Shown in pieces: positions 59,069 to 64,000 of a DNA stretch of 64,000 bases. The notes beneath the pieces are model-generated. The model searched no databases. It had not been told where the DNA came from and saw only the letters and a program-made list of their open reading frames with translations. Source of the stretch: Paraspadella gotoi (lineage: Eukaryota > Animalia > Chaetognatha). A program made the translations under genes and the position numbers. The DNA lies in contig CM119268.1 of assembly GCA_051294375.1 (NCBI GenBank), forward strand, positions 22,757,427 to 22,821,426. The letters run 5' to 3'. Position 1 is the first letter of the stretch, and each line of letters starts with the position of its first letter.

Positions 59069-62000
59069 ATGCCTCACATCGAAGAAATCGGTGAGAAAAT
59101 GCATCACATTGGCGAAGTCGAGGACAAGATCAGCTTCAGAAGCGTCGTCTTGTCAGATTTACACAATTTGGGAATCAAAGTTCACAAGCCCCGACGCAAA
59201 AGCGGCTCCCACGCGGCTAAGGCGAGATGCAACCTATTTATTATATTATTTATATATTATTTCGATTATTTAAACGATGATTTAAATTCAGGAGAAGCAA
59301 GGGTCTTCCTCCCAGTCCTCAGCGGCTCCTACGTCCCCTTCCATCTTCCAACGCCCCCTGGACGAGGTTCCGTCGAGCATCGCGGACGACGAGCTGTTGG
59401 GCCACATGTTCGTTCCTTCTTTCCTCGTCGAGGCCTTCGAGTATCTCGGGCATCACTACAATTTGGAAGGGATTTTCAGGAAGAGCGGATCTGTGCAGCG
59501 GCAGAAGGAGTTGAAGGTGATTAACTGATTATGAATGAAGGTGATAATTTGAAATTGGGTTTCGATGGAGTCATTTGGACCGAAAACAATTTGTTGAAGC
59601 TGTGATCTGAAATCATGATATATCTCTTCCGCTTCTTTTCTTCGAATAATGGCACTCTTCGTTTAAAAATCTACGTTCTTCTTTATTAATTAATATTAAT
59701 AAATAAATAAATATTAATTTCAGAGTCGCATCGAGTCGGGGCGATTCGATTTCTCCGACGCCCAGCCCAACGACGTCACTTCAGTCGTTAAAGAGTTTTT
59801 CCGAAATCTTCCCGAGCCGCTTCTTCCCTTCCACTTTCACCACGCGTTTTTCAAGGTCGATCAAGTTAATTCCCAATCCCCACTTAATCCCCAATCCCCA
59901 CGTAATCCCCAATCCCCACTTAATCATGTTAACCAGAAATGTTAATTATGTGAAAAAGGGGTTAAGTGGGCTGAAGACTACTATCCGTATCTTCTGTGCC
60001 CCATGAGCAGCAATGAAACGGGTCCTGGGCTTGGAACCAGACGTGAGGGTTTTCCAGGCCCCTCAAGGCGGTTTACGGCCGTCCTCACGGTTATGGTCAT
60101 AAGTTGATGGTATTGCTCAAAGAGCCACCGGGTCACGTCTGAAGGTTTCATGCGGGGTGAACTTATGCCCGACTACAATTATAAATATGAAATTGGTACA
60201 ACCAATATAAAAATTATAAAAATTATTATTATTATTATGTAATAATGATCGCAGTTGTTCTCCGCTCTACAGGTGATGTCTTTTCCCGACGATCTCATCG
60301 ACGAATCGACTTCATTGACGAAGGAGGACGCGATGTCCCTCTTGTGCTGCCTTCTCCCGATGTCTCACCTCACCACTCTCCGATTCGTTCTCAACGAGCT
60401 CAAGAAAATCTCACGATGCGTCGACGTGAGTTACGAGATGTTCGTGTGAATGTTCAATGGTATTCTGTTGTTGATAATTTGGTGGTTTCAGAGATATAAG
60501 ACTGACTATGACTAGTTAATAATAAGAACTGAGACTTCAAAATGTGAATATTTGTGAGATAAGAAAAGTTCAGCCACTTGAGAGAGAAACCCTCAATTGT
60601 AGGAAGCAGAATCTCGCTAAATTAAATTCGGAATTATTCTAGTAAAACATTACATAAACTTTTATGAATCATTTACACTACTAAACAATATTAAGACGTA
60701 GATGTCGAAAAAAAAACACAAAAATTAAATAAAATATTGAAACAGAACCCCTGTCGCTTTAAAATTTGTTTTACTATATGCAAATGAGATTGATGAACTA
60801 AATCTAATACTAAAAATTAATAAACTATCATCCTCATCAAAAATTCAGGAGAACAAGATGGACGTGACGAACTTGTCGGTGATCATGACCCCCAACTTTA
60901 TGCCGGCGCCGAAGGACGATTCCAAATCCGGCGGATCTCAGGGCGACGAATCCAAGACGCTCAATCGACGGACGGGAGTCGTCACGATGTTGCTCGGGAT
61001 GGCGGAGAAGTTCGTTTTCATGGGATGGGATGGGATGAGGTCACTTATTGTCTTTTGGGATCATTTTTCATCCTTTTCTTTTTTCTTAGAATCGGTTCCG
61101 TCCCCGTCTCGATCTTCGAACGCGCCCGCATGATGTCGTCCCTGTTTCCGTCGGCGGCGGCGGCGGCGTCGAACGGCGACGTCGGCGACGAAGATTCGAT
61201 GCGCGACGACGATAAACCTAAACTCAAGCGGAAGAAGAGAAGCGCTTCTTTTTCAGGTGAGGAAAAAAATGAGGAAATCATTTGATTCTTTTGTTTTTAC
61301 TCGGATCTGATTATCGCAGATTCCGGCTCTATAGAGTCTATACTTGTAAATATAATTCACTTAGTCGGTCCTTCGGCCCAACCCAAAAGCTTTTTTAGTA
61401 AGTCATTTGAATTATGTCGAATCTGTCATCGAATTACAATAAATTATGTAAAAAAATCAATGCCCGTCTGTCCGTCAGTCCAGAAATCAAGTTTCGAAGG
61501 AATCATACTTGTGTAAAAGTTTAAAAGAAGAAAACAAAAATCACGTTATTTGAATTGTTTTTTTTTTTTTTAGACGGATGTAATTAAGGTTGAACAAATT
61601 ATTTATTGTAAATATTGATAGTAAATTATATGAAATAAAATTATTAATCATAACTTATCATCAGATTAGATGCTTACTGCTTAATGATCGTGGGCAGTTC
61701 CAGCATTGTTTGCTCAAACTTGTTTCATTGATTTAAAAAAAATAATTTTTGATGTCATTTGTATTTCTTTATTTGATAAATTATCCAAATAAAAAAAAGA
61801 AATGCGGAAGAGATTGAGCAACGGTTTATCTCATATGGCCGAAGACGTTGCTGACGGTATGTGTGAAATCGCTTGGCAAGGGTCACCCACGAGCCGTGCA
61901 ATCTGTCCCACTGCTCTCAGTTATTGACTAACTTATGCTCATTCCGGTTTTTTTTTTCTTTCACCGTCGCTAAAAGATTTTTTATAGAAGCTGAAAATAT

Positions 62001-63743
62001 TTACTGTCGAAATAAATTAAACTGTATGCAAAATTTCGTTAATGATTAAAACCGGAATTGGTTCAACTATGTGGCAATCTCTTACTTCTTATTTTCTTTT
62101 CCCGTCTTCTCTTTCAGCTTTTTCTTTTTTCTTTTTTCAATCTTTAGTTAGGAAATTATAGGGAGCGCGTAAATTCACTAACTTTGATGTGAGGTTAAAA
62201 TGTTATGCAATAACTAAAATATCTATTTTATTGTATTTCAATTTAACCTTAATTAGTAAAGTTGTGAAGTTAATTTCTCAATGAGAGGAATGATTCCCCC
62301 CCCCCGCAGTAAATTTCTCTCACAATTCCCACATTGTATCCATCACTTTCATCGGTGAGCTTTTCGAATGAACTACAAGGCTTCGCAGCTTATCACTTTT
62401 TCTTAGTCAAATTTGTATTTAAGAAATTTCATTTTAGCTTTAGTCGCATCGCCAGTAAATTTGATTTCTCCTAATTACTTAATTTTAAAACGTCCTTGAT
62501 TTCTCCCCAGGACTCGTGAGCGGCCTGAGCGAGGGTTTCGCTTGGCTCAAAGGATCGCGCAACAACCTCAACTCCAATTACAACGTGACGTGCGAACCCA
62601 TCCACCGTCCCGCTCATCTCCAGCACTACGACCCAGCCGGGCTGCCCCCAGCCACGCCGCGTAACCTTTACACGCCGCAGCCGCCGAGATTGGAGCCGTA
62701 TACGCCCAAGATCATGGTCTCTAATCAGGGAAACGCTCACGACGGCGGCTCGCTGAAAAGGTTTTCATTGAAAGATTAGTGAATTAAATAATTAAATTGA
62801 TTATATCTCATTAAATTCTAATGAATGTTATTAAATGGTATTCCAGACGCGCTGCTTTAATTGGAAACTTGACGAATTCTCCTCTTCTGCCCGTGACTCC
62901 GTCCGTTAAAGGCCGGCCTCATACCGCCAATGCCTCTCCTCTCTTGCCTTCCAGACAATCCAGGTGAGCAGCGAGTTTGAAATGTAATTTTTTTTTTAAT
63001 AAATTGTAATTTTAAATTGACTTTTAATATTTTTGTTAATCTCTTTTTTCTCCTTTTAAAATCCCCTCCATAGTCTCTAGCTTGTGGTAAAATCAGAGGG
63101 AAATTAGTATGTATTTTTAGAAGGATAATCCCATGCAAAGGACTTTTATTTAATATAATTTACGTATTGAGGTAGAACATGCTTCTGCATTATTTAGTTT
63201 TATAGAGGCCAAGTGCGCCAGGAGTTTTTTTTATGTGAAAACCAAATCTTTATTTACAATAATCCGTCACGAATAGACGGCGTCATCGGGGCCACCACCA
63301 AGACGCTCCCATCTTGTCCGTCAGCGACGCCATAAAACACAAGCGCAACTCTTCCGGCGGACGGATCGAGGGATCCAAGTCGAAGCCTCGAAGTCCCGAC
63401 GCCGACGCCGAAACGTCAGCCGAAGAGATCAAAGTGGGAAAGCAAAGACGCGCTCGTTCCCTGATCAAAATTTTGGGCAACAGCTTCAGATCAGAGGTGA
63501 GATCCCGACCCTGACGTCCCAATCGTTCCGTCGCTCCGTAACGCGAGCTTTTTTGCTTCGCCGCTTCGCTAGGAGAACCTGACGACCTCGAAGAGCGACG
63601 TCTCCGTCAATAACACTTCGGTGGATTCCGCGTCGAGCCTCGGTTCGAAACTGAGAAAGAGTGGATTCTTCAATCGAAGTCGGAGACACAATAAGCATCC
63701 GTCGTCGCCGGCGGGAACCACTTTCAAGAAGAGAAACAAAGAG
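59069..63743 (+). CDS. Rho GTPase-activating protein, ARHGAP11-like (3' end beyond the window)
   Basis: DLHNLGIKV N-terminus, IFQRPL, VPSFLVEAFEYL, EGIFRKSGSVQRQKELK, VKEFFRNLPEPLLP and ENKMDVTNLSVIMTPNFM. Confidence 0.88.
59950..60176 (-). mobile_element. Structured insertion E3 carrying a twister-like motif
   Basis: GC-rich island with several long stems (CAGACGTGA/TCACGTCTG, ATGAAAC/GTTTCAT, CATAAGTT/AACTTATG). AATTAT direct repeats at 59944 and 60177. It abuts a family A fragment (60176-60217). Confidence 0.62.
60024..60093 (-). ncRNA. Degenerate twister ribozyme (permuted; weak P2, no clear P5)
   Basis: Minus strand: uaa CCGU GA GGA cggccg UAA ACC GC cu UGAGGG gccuggaaaa CCCUCA cg UCUGG U UCC AA GC CCAGG. 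T1 is UCC/GGA. Confidence 0.68.
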
Positions 63744-64000
63744 GGTGAGTTCGAACCTGGGAGAATTACCGTCTTGAATTTAATTTTACTCATTGAGATT
63801 GATTATACTTTTTTTTAATTGCAAAAAATAAATTTCATATTAAAATGAAAGAAGTGTGACGAAAATAAAAGTTTTGTTCATGATTATTAAATAGAATGGA
63901 GTTCATATGGTGGCAGCAGTAGCATATGCAATCTCCACTTCGTTTCTCATGTGCTTAATCGAGATTAAAATATGTTAGTTCATAGTTATGATAATCATTT

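Noticed and set aside
59968-60030. Complete hammerhead ribozyme
   Set aside because: CUGAAGA and GAAAC are not joined by a closing stem II; kept only as a weak vestige.
61871-61885. Further twister L4-like octamers (UGCCAAGC at 61.87 kb, UGCGAAGC at 62.38 kb)
   Set aside because: No P4/T1 partner or UAA-P2-GC segment nearby.

Overview
Gene-dense eukaryotic DNA, probably from an invertebrate animal: GC/CpG-rich exons, short AT-rich spliceosomal introns and many microsatellites. About 15 protein-coding genes lie head-to-tail on the + strand: an uncharacterised low-complexity gene, SETMAR-type SET methyltransferase, mitochondrial EF-Tu, RPA3, DLGAP/GKAP, SND1, RPS23, a claret-like RCC1 protein, C19orf47-like, ACADSB, an HSD11B1L-like SDR, a ricin-B/DUF3472-like fusion, UFC1, AP3D1 and an ARHGAP11-like RhoGAP. 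The only - strand gene I found is a 4-exon orphan nested in an SDR intron. The main finding is three GC-rich intronic insertions of 220-260 bp (17.5, 42.9 and 60.0 kb). Each carries a circularly permuted (type-P5-like) twister ribozyme fold on the - strand. The copies share little sequence but show compensatory changes in P3, P4 and the T1 pseudoknot; two sit just behind a tRNA-like head, and all have short flanking direct repeats. This suggests a twister-bearing SINE/retrozyme-like family. Also seen: an octamer-containing intronic motif of about 30 bp in about 10 copies, a dispersed repeat of about 250 bp, and GC-AG introns. All gene models and RNA folds were assembled by eye; no searches were run.
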